A stretch of 64,000 nt of DNA from a bacterium (GTDB taxonomy: Bacteria; Electryoneota; RPQS01): contig JAHDVH010000003.1 of the NCBI GenBank assembly GCA_023382385.1, positions 278,806 through 342,805 on the forward strand, given 5' to 3'. Below are positions 1 to 10,246 of this stretch, piece by piece. Position numbers and translations under genes: made by a program. The first letter of the stretch is position 1. Every line of letters starts with the position of its first letter. The notes under the pieces are model-generated. The model made no database searches. It was not told the origin of the DNA and saw only the letters and a program-made list of their open reading frames with translations.

Positions 1-588
1 TCCCATCAGAACATTTTCCGCAGTGCGGGTTAAAGAGACAATGTCGTCCGATACCAGTCGATGTCCGCGTTCAACCAGATCCAAAGCTACTTCTGATTTG
101 CCGATACCGCTGCGCCCCGTGAAAATCAGCCCTGTTCCGTAGACGTCCACCAATGACGCATGAATCGTCGTAGACGGAGCAAACTTCTGATCCAGATAGT
201 CGGAAAGCAGGTGCGTAGTCTCGGTCGTTGTCAACGGCGACGAGAATACTGCGACACCTGCTTTGTCCGCCGCCTCGCCCAATTCCGGGAGCATCGGATT
301 ATCGTTCGTGATGATCAGGCAAGGAATCTCGAATTCGAAGAATCTTGAGAGAGATTTCTTACGATCAAGCGTCGACAGTGACTCGAGGAACTTCACCTCG
401 GTGTTTCCCAGAACCTGAATCCGGTCGTACGTAAAGAGCTCTATGAACCCAGCCAATGCGAGCCCGGGCCGGTGGATTTCCTTCTGTGTGATTTCGCGCG
501 TCAATCCCCGCGGGCTGTTGCGGAGCTTAAGATTCAGTCGGTCCTGGTTTTCTTGATAAAACGCGCTGACCTGCAGTCGCTCGGCCAT
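1..588 (-). CDS. hprK: HPr kinase/phosphorylase, 5' portion (C-terminus runs off the window start)
   Basis: Minus-strand translation ends with ...GTGLIFTGRSGIGKSEVALDLVERGHRLVSDD (HprK P-loop/Walker A). Start ATG at revcomp 586-588. Lies directly downstream of hpf as in rpoN-hpf-hprK clusters. Confidence 0.85.
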   Translation of the reverse strand, partial: MAERLQVSAFYQENQDRLNLKLRNSPRGLTREITQKEIHRPGLALAGFIELFTYDRIQVLGNTEVKFLESLSTLDRKKSLSRFFEFEIPCLIITNDNPMLPELGEAADKAGVAVFSSPLTTTETTHLLSDYLDQKFAPSTTIHASLVDVYGTGLIFTGRSGIGKSEVALDLVERGHRLVSDDIVSLTRTAENVLMG

Positions 589-603
589 ACTTGCGCTCAC
601 AAC

Positions 604-894
604 TTAGTGGCGTGTCTGCAATCTATCTTTATGCTTCTTGATCTGTGCTTCGAGTTTGTCCACTGCAAGGACTATTGATTTGCGGAAGTCTTCGGATATG
701 GCCGAACCTATCAACACAGTGCCATCCACGCTAACCCGCACATTGGCACGTTTCTCTTGCTTGTTAAAAGTGAACTGGATTTCGCAATTCAAAATGTCAT
801 CCGCAAACTTCAAGAGTCGTTGAACTTCCTGTTCGGCAAATTCCCGTAAGCTGTCCGTGGCGTTGAAATGAACTGCGGTAATCTGAGTTCTCAT
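604..894 (-). CDS. hpf: Ribosome hibernation promoting factor / sigma-54 modulation protein (RaiA/HPF family)
   Basis: 96 aa; MRTQITAVHFNATDSLREFAEQEV...VRVSVDGTVL matches the YfiA/HPF short-form fold. 4-bp overlap with the upstream xerC-like stop. Confidence 0.85.
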   Translation of the reverse strand: MRTQITAVHFNATDSLREFAEQEVQRLLKFADDILNCEIQFTFNKQEKRANVRVSVDGTVLIGSAISEDFRKSIVLAVDKLEAQIKKHKDRLQTRH

Positions 895-1946
895 GGCTCT
901 GTCCTTTGGGGGGTATTGTCCCCGCCGATTTCGTCTGTGGTTTTGGTCTCGTCGGCATGCGGGTGAGCCTGTTGGTAGGCTTTTCGCAGGCGGCGAGCTG
1001 TCACGTGCGTATAGCGCTCGGTCGTCCGAACTGATGCATGACCGAGCAATTCCTGTACCGCACGAAGGTCTGCACCTCGCGCAAGTAAGTGCGTTGCAAA
1101 ACTATGTCTTAGCTTGTGCGGACTGGCTTCCGGTAAAAGGCTGCCCAGCCGCGACTTGATGATTTTCGCTGCCCTGAAGCGACTGAGCGGTTTTCCGCGG
1201 TCAGATAGCCACAGAGGGTCCGACGGACAATCAGGAAACTGCCGTCCACGACTTGCCAGGTAGTCCTGCAGGGCCTGAAGCGACGCCAGGGAGAGCGGGA
1301 CGACCCTTTCCTTGCTTCCTTTGCCTAAAACGCGCGCAGTTCCGCGACGTATGTCGATGTCCGACAAACTTAATCCTAAGGCCTCGGAAATTCTGAGTCC
1401 CCCGCCATATAGTAGCTCGAGAAGAGCTCGATCCCGCACATTCGGCCATGTATCACCAAGACTATCCAGAGACTCGGCTAACGCAGATTCGGAGAAGATA
1501 TGCGGTAGCGGCTTCTTCACCCGAGGAGGGTCAAGCAGTGCAACGGGATTCTGGGTAATTGCGCTATTCCGCAAAAGAAACTTCGAGAAGTCACTCAATA
1601 CGGCGCGCTTGCGTTGCAGCGTCGAGGGGGCTAAGTCGTCGGCGGCCCAGCGATACATGATGTCTCGCAGGTTCTCATACATCCAATCAGCGATTTCGGG
1701 AGTACGATCAAGCTGACTCTTGAGGCTCGCGATAGCTTGAAACAGGTCACGCTTGTACGCAGCTTGAGTGTGCGGCGAGCGTTTGCGGCGAGCAAGGTCC
1801 TGCACATAGGCGTCCACGAAGGACCCAAGACTTATGACTTCGCCGCCTGCTCTATCTCGATTTTGTGCTTGCATTTCGGACATTGGTGGATAAGACCTGC
1901 TTTCAGGTTCTTCTCCTCCATATAGTTGTTCCCGCAGGCCGGACAC
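891..1946 (-). CDS. Tyrosine site-specific recombinase, XerC/XerD-like (start uncertain; probably an internal Met near 1874-1883)
   Basis: C-terminal catalytic motifs HKLRHSFATHLL and LLGHASVRTTERYTHV. N-terminal core-binding region YKRDL. The annotated 5' end overlaps the topA 3' end by 115 bp, so the true start is probably downstream. Confidence 0.8.
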   Translation of the reverse strand: MSGLREQLYGGEEPESRSYPPMSEMQAQNRDRAGGEVISLGSFVDAYVQDLARRKRSPHTQAAYKRDLFQAIASLKSQLDRTPEIADWMYENLRDIMYRWAADDLAPSTLQRKRAVLSDFSKFLLRNSAITQNPVALLDPPRVKKPLPHIFSESALAESLDSLGDTWPNVRDRALLELLYGGGLRISEALGLSLSDIDIRRGTARVLGKGSKERVVPLSLASLQALQDYLASRGRQFPDCPSDPLWLSDRGKPLSRFRAAKIIKSRLGSLLPEASPHKLRHSFATHLLARGADLRAVQELLGHASVRTTERYTHVTARRLRKAYQQAHPHADETKTTDEIGGDNTPQRTEP

Positions 1947-4297
1947 TTTTCCGCGATCGGTCTGTTCCAGCTGACAAAATCACAGTTGGGATAATTGGAG
2001 CATCCGAAGAAGAGTTTTCCCCGTCTCGATTTGCGTGCACTGATCTTTCCGCCACAGCCTTCGCGGGGACAGTCAATGGCGTTGGGGTCAGGCATGGGCA
2101 GGATCGTCTTGCACTCGGGATAGCCTGTGCAACCTAAGAACCAGCCGAAGCGGCTGCGCTTGGGCGCCATCTGCTTCCCGCATTTCGGGCAGGGAGTTTC
2201 CGGCACTTCAGGCGCTTTCTCCCCTTCCAGCGGCTCAGTATAACGGCATTCGGGGTAATTCGTGCATGCGATGAACTTGCCCGCACGACCCCACTTCATG
2301 ACCAATTCTCCGCCGCACTCCGGACAAGGCTTGTCCAGCACTTCCTGAGTGCCTTTCTTTATCTCGTCACGATTCTGCTTCACACGTTCGAGGTCGGCCG
2401 AAAATGGTTTGTAGAAGTCTTTCACGACCTTCTGCCACTTTACACCGTCATTCTCAATGGAGTCCAGCTCTTCTTCCATTTGAGCAGTGAACGACACGTT
2501 AAACACGTCCGGGAATTGCTCAATCAAGACCTTGTTGACGGCCTCGCCAAGCTCGGTCGGCTGGAAGCGTCGCTGCTCATTTGTGATGTACTTGCGTTTA
2601 ACGAGTACCGAGATGATTTGAGCGTAGGTGCTCGGTCTTCCAATCCCGAGTTCGTCCAGAGTTTTCACCAAAGAGCCGGCATTGTATCGGGGAGGCGGCT
2701 CCGTGAAGTGCTGCGTGGGGGTAACTCTCTCCGCTGGATACTGCTTGCCAACCTTCAGTTCGGGCAGCTCATTGGTCATTTCCGTTTCAAGCTGCTCGCG
2801 CGCATCATGCGGCGTTTCGTCAGCCACTTCCGCAAGGACTTGCAGATGGCCCGGGAAAAGCATACGACGGCCGTTGGCGCGAAACTCGTACTTCCCGACC
2901 TCAAGCGTCGCGGTCGTCACTTCAAAGCGAGCCTCTTCCATTTGCGACGCAACAAAACGCTTCCAAATCAATTCGTATAACTTGAATTGTTCAGGCTTCA
3001 AGTATTTCTTGACTGACGACGGGTCGCGGGTCACATCCGTCGGACGGATCGCTTCATGCGCGTCTTGAGCCGCGTTCTTGGTCTTGAACAGGCGAGGATG
3101 GGCGGGCAGATACTCTTTTCCGTAGCGGTCCACGATGAACTCACGCAAGTGGGTCAAGGCTTCCGGAGAAACTCGCACGGAATCCGTACGCATGTACGTG
3201 ATTAGTCCGACCGAACCATCCTTGCCCAACTCCACGCCTTCATAGAGTTGTTGAGCCGCCGACATGGTTCTATCGTTGGAGAAACTTAATCGCCGTGCCG
3301 CATCCTGCTGCAGAGTCGATGTCGTGTACGGCGCGGAGGGCGAGGACTTGGTTGGGCGGGACTTGAGGTCCGTTAACTTGAACTCTTTTCCCGTGCATTC
3401 CTTGACAATTGCCTTCGCAGATTTCTCGTCCGAGACTTCCGCCTTCTTGCCGTCGATCTTTGAGAGTCTGGCTTCGAATGTCTCTTGCTTGCTTGCTGTA
3501 AGCAAGGCGGCAATCGTCCAATACTCCATCGGAGTAAAAGCGCGAATTTCGGCTTCTCGTTCACATATAAGCCGTAATGCAACCGATTGGACTCGGCCTG
3601 CCGACAGGCCACGAGCAATGATTTTCTGAAGCAGGGGAGACACTAAATAACCTACGAGGCGATCCAGCACACGGCGCGCCTGCTGCGCGTCCACTTTCTT
3701 ACCGTCCAACTCACCCGGACGCGAGAGTGCCTTCTTGACGGCATCCCGCGTGATCTCGTTAAAAAGAACTCGGCGAATCTTCGTCTTGTGCTGAGGGTCT
3801 ATCTCCTCTGCTATGTGGAAGGCGATCGCCTCGCCTTCGCGGTCAGGGTCCGTCGCAATAAACACTTCCGAAGCATCCCGCGCATTTCGGCGGAGCATCG
3901 TCAAAACGTCTTCTTTCCCGCTTATCGTGACGTACTCGGGTTCGAAATTATTCTTAAGGTCAACTCCGAGTTTCTTCTCTGGGAGGTCGCGCACGTGGCC
4001 TACTGATGCGGCCACCGCATATTCCTTCCCGAGATAACCCGACAAAGTGCGCGCCTTCGCCGGTGATTCGACAATAACGAATTTGCGCCCAACCGCTGAC
4101 ACTTCGTGCATTGCAGCACTGCGGGACGGCCTCCTTGTCGCCGCGCCCGTTCGCGCAGCCGATGCCTTTTTTGAGGAAGTCGCTTCTCGCGACACAGACT
4201 TCTTTGACACCTTTTTTGTGGCGGAGGACGTCTTCTTTGCCGCAGTTTTTGCGGATTTTGACGCGCTTTTCTTCTTTGTTGTTTTCTTGGTCGGCAT
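1832..4297 (-). CDS. topA: DNA topoisomerase I with C-terminal Zn-ribbon repeats and an in-frame ~60-aa lysine-rich N-terminal extension
   Basis: Toprim start VIVESPAKARTL. Multiple C4 zinc ribbons (CPECGGEL..., CPKCGKQM..., CPREGCGGK..., CPACGNNY...). N-terminal MPTKKTTKKKSASKSAKTAAKK... tail is in frame with no stop codon. Confidence 0.9.
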   Translation of the reverse strand: MPTKKTTKKKSASKSAKTAAKKTSSATKKVSKKSVSREATSSKKASAARTGAATRRPSRSAAMHEVSAVGRKFVIVESPAKARTLSGYLGKEYAVAASVGHVRDLPEKKLGVDLKNNFEPEYVTISGKEDVLTMLRRNARDASEVFIATDPDREGEAIAFHIAEEIDPQHKTKIRRVLFNEITRDAVKKALSRPGELDGKKVDAQQARRVLDRLVGYLVSPLLQKIIARGLSAGRVQSVALRLICEREAEIRAFTPMEYWTIAALLTASKQETFEARLSKIDGKKAEVSDEKSAKAIVKECTGKEFKLTDLKSRPTKSSPSAPYTTSTLQQDAARRLSFSNDRTMSAAQQLYEGVELGKDGSVGLITYMRTDSVRVSPEALTHLREFIVDRYGKEYLPAHPRLFKTKNAAQDAHEAIRPTDVTRDPSSVKKYLKPEQFKLYELIWKRFVASQMEEARFEVTTATLEVGKYEFRANGRRMLFPGHLQVLAEVADETPHDAREQLETEMTNELPELKVGKQYPAERVTPTQHFTEPPPRYNAGSLVKTLDELGIGRPSTYAQIISVLVKRKYITNEQRRFQPTELGEAVNKVLIEQFPDVFNVSFTAQMEEELDSIENDGVKWQKVVKDFYKPFSADLERVKQNRDEIKKGTQEVLDKPCPECGGELVMKWGRAGKFIACTNYPECRYTEPLEGEKAPEVPETPCPKCGKQMAPKRSRFGWFLGCTGYPECKTILPMPDPNAIDCPREGCGGKISARKSRRGKLFFGCSNYPNCDFVSWNRPIAEKCPACGNNYMEEKNLKAGLIHQCPKCKHKIEIEQAAKS

Positions 4298-4429
4298 ATC
4301 CTTCAGAAAGCAAAAGCTTCGAGCACAGGCTCAAAGCTTAGTGAGTAACGTTACGAATGGCAGCCGAATTGTGCGGCTAATTCCATGAAAATCCGTGGAT
4401 TCTGCCCGTTTTTCAGGCAAGCTTCCGTC

Positions 4430-4906
4430 TTAATGTATCAGTTCAGGCGACATGCGAGCCGAGGCAGCCGGCATCATGCTTTCACCGGGAAGCAACTCTT
4501 TCTCAAACAGATGGGTGGCCACCATGAGTTTCATCTCAGAAACATCGGCGGCAGGCGATCCCATCATCACGCATCGCTCAATGAGCTCTTCAGTATCGCC
4601 GTGAGTCAACACACCCAAACGGAGTAACTGCAGGATATGGCCCAGAGCTTCACTACTGATGTAATTGGATTCAATCTCGTGCAGGACACGATAGGCATTG
4701 GGATTGACCGGCTCCTGAATCTGCGAACGCTGCCTCGTCCCTGCCATGCGGTGATTGAACACCGAAAAGGCCGTCGCCACTTCACGCCGAGAAAAACCCT
4801 GTCGAATCAAGTCTTCAGAGATACCATCAATTTCATCCAGATTTACACGGCGAGATTCAATTTCGCCGATTACATACAAAATAATCTCAACGATCCGTTG
4901 GTCCAT
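4430..4906 (-). CDS. smg: Smg protein (DUF494), the conserved topA neighbour
   Basis: DUF494-like sequence from the internal Met MDQRIVEIILYVIGEIE. Position upstream of topA is typical of the dprA-smg-topA arrangement. ORF track begins at 4951 with a probable spurious extension. Confidence 0.6.
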   Translation of the reverse strand: MDQRIVEIILYVIGEIESRRVNLDEIDGISEDLIRQGFSRREVATAFSVFNHRMAGTRQRSQIQEPVNPNAYRVLHEIESNYISSEALGHILQLLRLGVLTHGDTEELIERCVMMGSPAADVSEMKLMVATHLFEKELLPGESMMPAASARMSPELIH

Positions 4907-5056
4907 GCAGTGGCCTTCCTTGTTACCTCCGAAATCGGGGGTTGGTTCCACGGTAAAGCTGCCGGCATTCTAAGTGAAGGGCAGTATTACTTTTAGCCAT
5001 CAGTCTCCCTGCTACCGCCTCATTGTAAGGAAAAAAACTGCTAAAGGCAAGCCTTC

Positions 5057-8000
5057 TCAGCCTGAAACTTCTTCGGTCGCGCCGTGGCACTTCTTATACT
5101 TTTTCCCGCTTCCACAAGGACATGGGTCATTTCTACCCACGCGAGCCCCGACCCTTACCGGTTCCTTCTTTCCGACCTGCGTGGCACCGCCAGCTTGCGC
5201 AGAAGGCTGGCCGCCCCCTTGTGTGGACGCTTGACTATAGGCTAATCCTGCCGCGCTTGCATGGGAATACGTCATAGCAGGAGTCCTGCTTACTCTCGGT
5301 TGCGACGGGATTTCACCGCCCTGCTGCTCCGCCTGGAGGCGATAGCTGAAAATAATTCTAAGTGCATCGGCGTTGACCTCGTCCAACATCCCCTGGAAGA
5401 GCTTGAAACCCTCCTTCTTATACTCAATCAACGGGTCCTTTTGACCATAGGCGCGCAGACCGACGCCCTCTTTGAGACCATCCATCGCATACAGGTGGTC
5501 TTTCCACTTCATGTCAATAACGCGGAGGATTGCCTGTCTCTGCAGTTCACGGAACAATTCCTCTCCAAGCAGGGCTCCGCGGTTGGCTCGTGCCTCTTCA
5601 ATCTTGCGGGTCAGACTATCATGCTGTTGTGCAGGGGAAGAGTGGAAGAATTCCTCATCGCGCGACAGATCGATGAGAAATGTCCGCATAATTTCTTCGG
5701 TGAAGGCTTCGCGATTCAGGTCATCGCCCTCACCGTGCTTCTCGAAAATGTAATCCACATAGTCGCCGATCATTTCGTCGATCAGCGCAGAGGGGTCTTC
5801 GCCTCGCAAGGCGATGTTTCGGCGCGAGTAAACAACCGAGCGCTGCTGGTTCATTACATCGTCGTATTCCAGCAAGTGCTTGCGGATAGAGAAGTTATAT
5901 TCTTCGACGCGCTGTTGAGCACGACTAATCGAACGGGTTATCATACCCGCCGAGATGACCTCTCCTTCCTTCAGTCCAAGGCGGTCCATGACGGAGGCCA
6001 TCCGATCCGAGCCAAAAAGACGCATCAAATCATCTTCAAGGGAAACGTAGAACTGACTGGATCCGGGGTCACCCTGACGACCCGCGCGGCCGCGAAGCTG
6101 ACGGTCAATCCGGCGAGATTCGTGACGCTCTGTTCCCAGAATGAAGAGACCGCCCTCCGCATTGGATTTGTCGTTCTCATCGCCAGACCAGTTGACGACG
6201 CCCGGTCCCAGTTTGATATCTGTGCCGCGACCGGCCATGTTGGTCGCGATCGTGACCGCACCGATTTGACCTGCCTTGGCAATGATTTCCGCTTCCTTCT
6301 GATGTTGTTTAGCGTTTAACACCTCATGCGGAATTCGACGACCCTTCAGCATGCGCGAAAGCAATTCTGAAGCTTCAACCGACGCAGTTCCTACGAGCAC
6401 GGGTTGGCGATTCGTGTGCAGCTCGGCAATGCGTTCGACAATTGCGTTATACTTCTCGCGCTTCGTGCGGTAGATGAGATCGTTCATGTCATTACGACGT
6501 ATCGGCTGATGCGTCGGAATGACCATAACTTCAAGCTTGTAAATCGAGTAAAACTCAGACTCCTCCGTCTCCGCAGTTCCCGTCATGCCCGCGAGCTTGC
6601 TATAGAGTCTGAAGTAATTCTGCAGTGTGATCGTGGCGATCGTCTGTGTTTCCCGCTCGATCTTGACGCCTTCCTTGGCCTCAATCGCCTGATGCAATCC
6701 GTCAGAATACCTGCGTCCAGAAAGGATGCGGCCCGTGAACTCATCCACGATTTGCACCTTACCATCCTGAACGACGTACTCTACGTCCTTTTCGTAAAGG
6801 CAATAGGCTTTCAGAAGCTGCGCAACATTCTGGACACGCTCTGCACGGTGTGCGTAGACGCTCTGCATTTCGGTCTTCTTGGCCGCACGCTCCTCCGCGG
6901 AGAGGGATTCATTCGCGTCCAATTTCGCAAATTCATCCGCGAGGTCCGGGAGCAGGAAGAGATCCGGGTCGCCGCCATAGTATTTGGTTAACTGCAGGCG
7001 TCCCTGCTCCGTCAAATCGGTCTGATGCGATTTCTCTTCGATCGAGAAATACAGCTCCTCGTCGAGCTCGTGCATCTTCTTGTCGCGAAGATACTCATTT
7101 TCAACGCGTTGACGTAGCTGGACGTTCGACGGCTCCTGAAACAACTTCAGAGTGCGCTTGTGCTTGGGGTAGCCGCGATGAAGTTTCAGCAATCGCTTGC
7201 CAACTTCATATTCATCGAACTTCGGCTCAGTCAACATCTTTTCGACTTCGTCGGCAAGTCGAATTATCAACTGTGATTGCAGCCGCACCAGCTGTTCAAC
7301 CGGCGGTTTCATCTCGTCAAACCGCTGTGTGGAGTGCTCGACCGGCCCAGAGATAATCAGCGGAGTACGCGCTTCATCAATCAGCACGCTGTCCACTTCG
7401 TCGACGATTGCAAAGTGATGTCCGCGTTGCACAACATAGTCCATGTGCAGGGCCATGTTGTCGCGCAAATAGTCAAAGCCAAACTCGTTGTTTGTGCCGT
7501 AGGTGATGTCCTTGCCGTACTCTTCTCTCCGACGATGGGGCGGCATGTCCGAAGTAATAACACCTACAGACAACCCGAGCATTTGAAAGACCGGACCCAT
7601 CCATTCGGCGTCGCGTTGAGCCAAGTAGTCATTGACCGTGACAAGGTGCGCACCTTTCCCGGGCAATGCATTCAAGTACAATGCAAACGTTGCGACGAGA
7701 GTCTTACCTTCACCCGTCGCCATTTCAGCGATTTTCCCTTGATGAAGTGCAATTCCACCAATGATTTGCACATCATAAGGAATCATGTTCCACGTCACCT
7801 TTTGCCCGCGAACTTCGTATTCGTGGCCAACTAATCGACGGCAGGCATTCTTCACGGCGGCGTACGCTTCGACCATCAGGTCATCAAGTGTTTCCCCGTC
7901 TGCCAAGCGCGCCCGAAACTCATCAGTTTTCGCGCGGAGTTCATCGTCGGTCAGCGATTGGAATTCAGCTTCCCATTTATTCACGGCTTCAACCAGAGGA

Positions 8001-8065
8001 CGCAGCTTCTTTGCCGCGCGGTCGTGCTTTGTGCCGAATATCTTGGAGAGGATTAGGTCGAACAT
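5057..8065 (-). CDS. secA: Preprotein translocase ATPase SecA
   Basis: 1002 aa. DEAD-like motor motifs ([21 protein letters not shown]). C-terminal zinc-binding tail [14 protein letters not shown]. Confidence 0.95.
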   Translation of the reverse strand: MFDLILSKIFGTKHDRAAKKLRPLVEAVNKWEAEFQSLTDDELRAKTDEFRARLADGETLDDLMVEAYAAVKNACRRLVGHEYEVRGQKVTWNMIPYDVQIIGGIALHQGKIAEMATGEGKTLVATFALYLNALPGKGAHLVTVNDYLAQRDAEWMGPVFQMLGLSVGVITSDMPPHRRREEYGKDITYGTNNEFGFDYLRDNMALHMDYVVQRGHHFAIVDEVDSVLIDEARTPLIISGPVEHSTQRFDEMKPPVEQLVRLQSQLIIRLADEVEKMLTEPKFDEYEVGKRLLKLHRGYPKHKRTLKLFQEPSNVQLRQRVENEYLRDKKMHELDEELYFSIEEKSHQTDLTEQGRLQLTKYYGGDPDLFLLPDLADEFAKLDANESLSAEERAAKKTEMQSVYAHRAERVQNVAQLLKAYCLYEKDVEYVVQDGKVQIVDEFTGRILSGRRYSDGLHQAIEAKEGVKIERETQTIATITLQNYFRLYSKLAGMTGTAETEESEFYSIYKLEVMVIPTHQPIRRNDMNDLIYRTKREKYNAIVERIAELHTNRQPVLVGTASVEASELLSRMLKGRRIPHEVLNAKQHQKEAEIIAKAGQIGAVTIATNMAGRGTDIKLGPGVVNWSGDENDKSNAEGGLFILGTERHESRRIDRQLRGRAGRQGDPGSSQFYVSLEDDLMRLFGSDRMASVMDRLGLKEGEVISAGMITRSISRAQQRVEEYNFSIRKHLLEYDDVMNQQRSVVYSRRNIALRGEDPSALIDEMIGDYVDYIFEKHGEGDDLNREAFTEEIMRTFLIDLSRDEEFFHSSPAQQHDSLTRKIEEARANRGALLGEELFRELQRQAILRVIDMKWKDHLYAMDGLKEGVGLRAYGQKDPLIEYKKEGFKLFQGMLDEVNADALRIIFSYRLQAEQQGGEIPSQPRVSRTPAMTYSHASAAGLAYSQASTQGGGQPSAQAGGATQVGKKEPVRVGARVGRNDPCPCGSGKKYKKCHGATEEVSG

Positions 8066-8099
8066 GATCCCTTAGGTGTCGTACTTTGAGGAATGATTC

Positions 8100-8119
8100 G
8101 GGCGGCACGTTTGCCGCCC
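8100..8119. other. GC-rich hairpin (gggcggca-cgtt-tgccgccc) in the secA upstream/leader region
   Basis: Perfect 8-bp inverted repeat with a 4-nt loop between secA start (8065) and the upstream gene end (8143). No flanking U-run on either strand. Confidence 0.4.
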
Positions 8120-8142
8120 TTCCGTTGCTGCAACAGATTTCC

Positions 8143-8823
8143 TTACATTCCGATGAATAATCTTGAGGCCAGAAACTCCGGCAATCCCGCGTCGCGAATC
8201 GCTTGTGCGGCTTTCAGGATGTCGTAGCTAACACGACTCCAGCGAAAACTGCCGGTCTCCGTGTCAAAAACCACATAGCTTGCCTGTGGATTTCTGTCCC
8301 GAGGTTGACCGACTGATCCAACGTTGATAATGCGACGATTCTCAGGGCCGGCAAAGTGTGCTGGAATGTGAGAGTGCCCAATGAAGGCAGTACGGCCAGG
8401 CGGCATTGCGTCAAAATGCTGAATGGCTTCGTCGGGGTTATGAATGTAGTTCCACGCGCCCGGGTCCTTGGGAGTCGCATGAACACACAGTACACTCTCG
8501 ACAGAATGAACGAGCGGCAGACCTTTAAGCCAGTTCAGATGGCTGTCGTCCATCACGTTTACCGACCATTCAATCGCAGAACGCGCGTACGCATTAAAGA
8601 ACTGCATCGGTGTCAAACCGCAAAGCGCAGAGTCATGGTTACCCATAACGCAGGCGAAGCATTTCTCGCGTACAAGCTCGCAACAGTCATTAGGACTTGC
8701 ACCGTATCCAACAATGTCGCCAAGGCAGATGATTGACGCGAGGCCCTGGCGCTCACAATCTTCAATAACCGCTTCGAGGGCAGGCAGGTTCCCGTGAATG
8801 TCTGAGATGATTCCAAGTTTCAT
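8143..8823 (-). CDS. Metallophosphoesterase (YfcE/MJ0936-like phosphodiesterase)
   Basis: N-terminal ISDIHGN and GDIVGYG motifs typical of the calcineurin-like phosphoesterase fold. 4-bp overlap with nusB. Confidence 0.75.
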   Translation of the reverse strand: MKLGIISDIHGNLPALEAVIEDCERQGLASIICLGDIVGYGASPNDCCELVREKCFACVMGNHDSALCGLTPMQFFNAYARSAIEWSVNVMDDSHLNWLKGLPLVHSVESVLCVHATPKDPGAWNYIHNPDEAIQHFDAMPPGRTAFIGHSHIPAHFAGPENRRIINVGSVGQPRDRNPQASYVVFDTETGSFRWSRVSYDILKAAQAIRDAGLPEFLASRLFIGM

Positions 8824-9266
8824 TGGGGTTCCGCAGCAGCGTGCTTCTGTTTGCGTGTATCAGTCTTCTTGAGCTCCGCGCAAACCGCATCGAGAATACC
8901 GTTCACGAAGCGACCGCTCTGCGCGGTTGAATACTGCTTCGCCAGTTCGATTGCTTCATTAATCGTGACTTTGAACGGTATGTCGTCAAAGTACAAGAAC
9001 TCGGCTATTGCCATACGCAGAATAATCAGGTCAAGAACGGCGAGCCTTGCGAGGTCCCACTTCTGGACCGCTCGGCGAATTGCTTGGTCAATCTGCTCAT
9101 CTCCTGAAGCCGCGGCGTCGCAGAGCTTGCGGCAGAACTGCATATTCTGATCCTGCCGAGCGCCTTTCAAGATATCCGTAAAGCACTGTTCAACCGGATA
9201 GCCCGTTAAGCGCACCGCATAGAGTACCCGTAGTGCCCACTCGCGCGCCGATCGTCTGCTGCGCAT
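8820..9266 (-). CDS. nusB: Transcription antitermination factor NusB
   Basis: 148 aa. RSAREWALRVLYA start. ArgR-rich N-terminus and overall NusB length and pattern. Confidence 0.85.
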   Translation of the reverse strand: MRSRRSAREWALRVLYAVRLTGYPVEQCFTDILKGARQDQNMQFCRKLCDAAASGDEQIDQAIRRAVQKWDLARLAVLDLIILRMAIAEFLYFDDIPFKVTINEAIELAKQYSTAQSGRFVNGILDAVCAELKKTDTRKQKHAAAEPQ

Positions 9267-9286
9267 GAAACTCTTTCTTTTAAGCC

Positions 9287-10246
9287 TTACAGCCAGTAAT
9301 GTAAGCCGAGCGCGTCATCCCGGCGTCCTTCGATCATGTCGAAGTATGCGGTCTGGATTCTCTTCGTTATCGGTCCGGCCTTGCCTTCTCCGACGATGAC
9401 CTTATCCACCGATCTTACGGGAGTGATTTCCGCTGCGGTTCCCGAGAAGAATACTTCATCCGCTATATATAGCATCTCGCGCGGCACCAAACCTTCCGTC
9501 AGAGGAATGCCCATCTCATGTGCCAATTGAATCACGCAAGCACGCGTAATCCCCGGCAGCACCGATGCTCCGAGCGGCGGAGTAACGATCTTACCGTCGC
9601 GAACCACAAAGACATTCTCGCCAGAACCTTCGGAAATGTAACCGTTTGTATCAAGAGCAATGCCTTCGGTGAACCCGAAATTGGTCGCGTCAATGACGTG
9701 CAGCTGTGAGTTAGCGTAATTGGCCGCCGACTTGGCGAGAGCAGGCATGGTGTTTGGCGCAATGCGACTCCAGCTTGAAACCATGACATCCACTCCCAGC
9801 TCAAGTGCTTCAGTTCCCAAGTACTTCCCCCAGCGGAGCGGGATCACGACGCACTCGGTCGGACACTCACGGGGGTGAACTCCCAGCGAGTGATACCCCC
9901 GGAACAACAAGGGACGCAAATATGCTTCATCCATGTTGTTCGCCAACACAACCTCGGCACAGGCCAATTCAATCTGCTCATGCGTAAACGGGATGGGCAT
10001 GCGATAGATCTTTGCCGAGTCAAGCAAGCGGCGAATGTGCTGCTTCAAACCCCAGATTGTTGTACCGCGCCCGGTTTTGTATGCACGAATGCCCTCAAAT
10101 ACGGCTGACCCGTAGTGCATCGCGTGAGTTGCCACATGAACGGTCGCTTCTTCCCAACGGATCAGCTTGCCGCTCATCCAAATCTTTAGAGTTTCGTCAA
10201 AGCGGGACTTTGCCACTTTCCGCTCCTCTTGTATGGTCGTTTCCAT
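9287..10246 (-). CDS. ilvE: Branched-chain amino acid aminotransferase (fold type IV PLP enzyme)
   Basis: 319 aa. FEGIRAY..., VVIPLRWGKYLG and class-IV aminotransferase layout. Sits at the head of an acyl-CoA catabolic cluster. Confidence 0.8.
   Translation of the reverse strand: METTIQEERKVAKSRFDETLKIWMSGKLIRWEEATVHVATHAMHYGSAVFEGIRAYKTGRGTTIWGLKQHIRRLLDSAKIYRMPIPFTHEQIELACAEVVLANNMDEAYLRPLLFRGYHSLGVHPRECPTECVVIPLRWGKYLGTEALELGVDVMVSSWSRIAPNTMPALAKSAANYANSQLHVIDATNFGFTEGIALDTNGYISEGSGENVFVVRDGKIVTPPLGASVLPGITRACVIQLAHEMGIPLTEGLVPREMLYIADEVFFSGTAAEITPVRSVDKVIVGEGKAGPITKRIQTAYFDMIEGRRDDALGLHYWL

Noticed and set aside
891-1946. Tyrosine recombinase as a marker of an integrated mobile element
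   Set aside because: It is embedded with overlapping stops and starts in a topA-hpf-hprK housekeeping operon. There are no flanking phage/ICE genes, direct repeats or tRNA target. It is more consistent with a Xer-type chromosomal resolvase.
5261-6319. 352-aa plus-strand ORF
   Set aside because: It is entirely antisense to secA in a GC-rich region. It has low-complexity Arg/Leu-rich composition and no motif. It is a typical shadow ORF.
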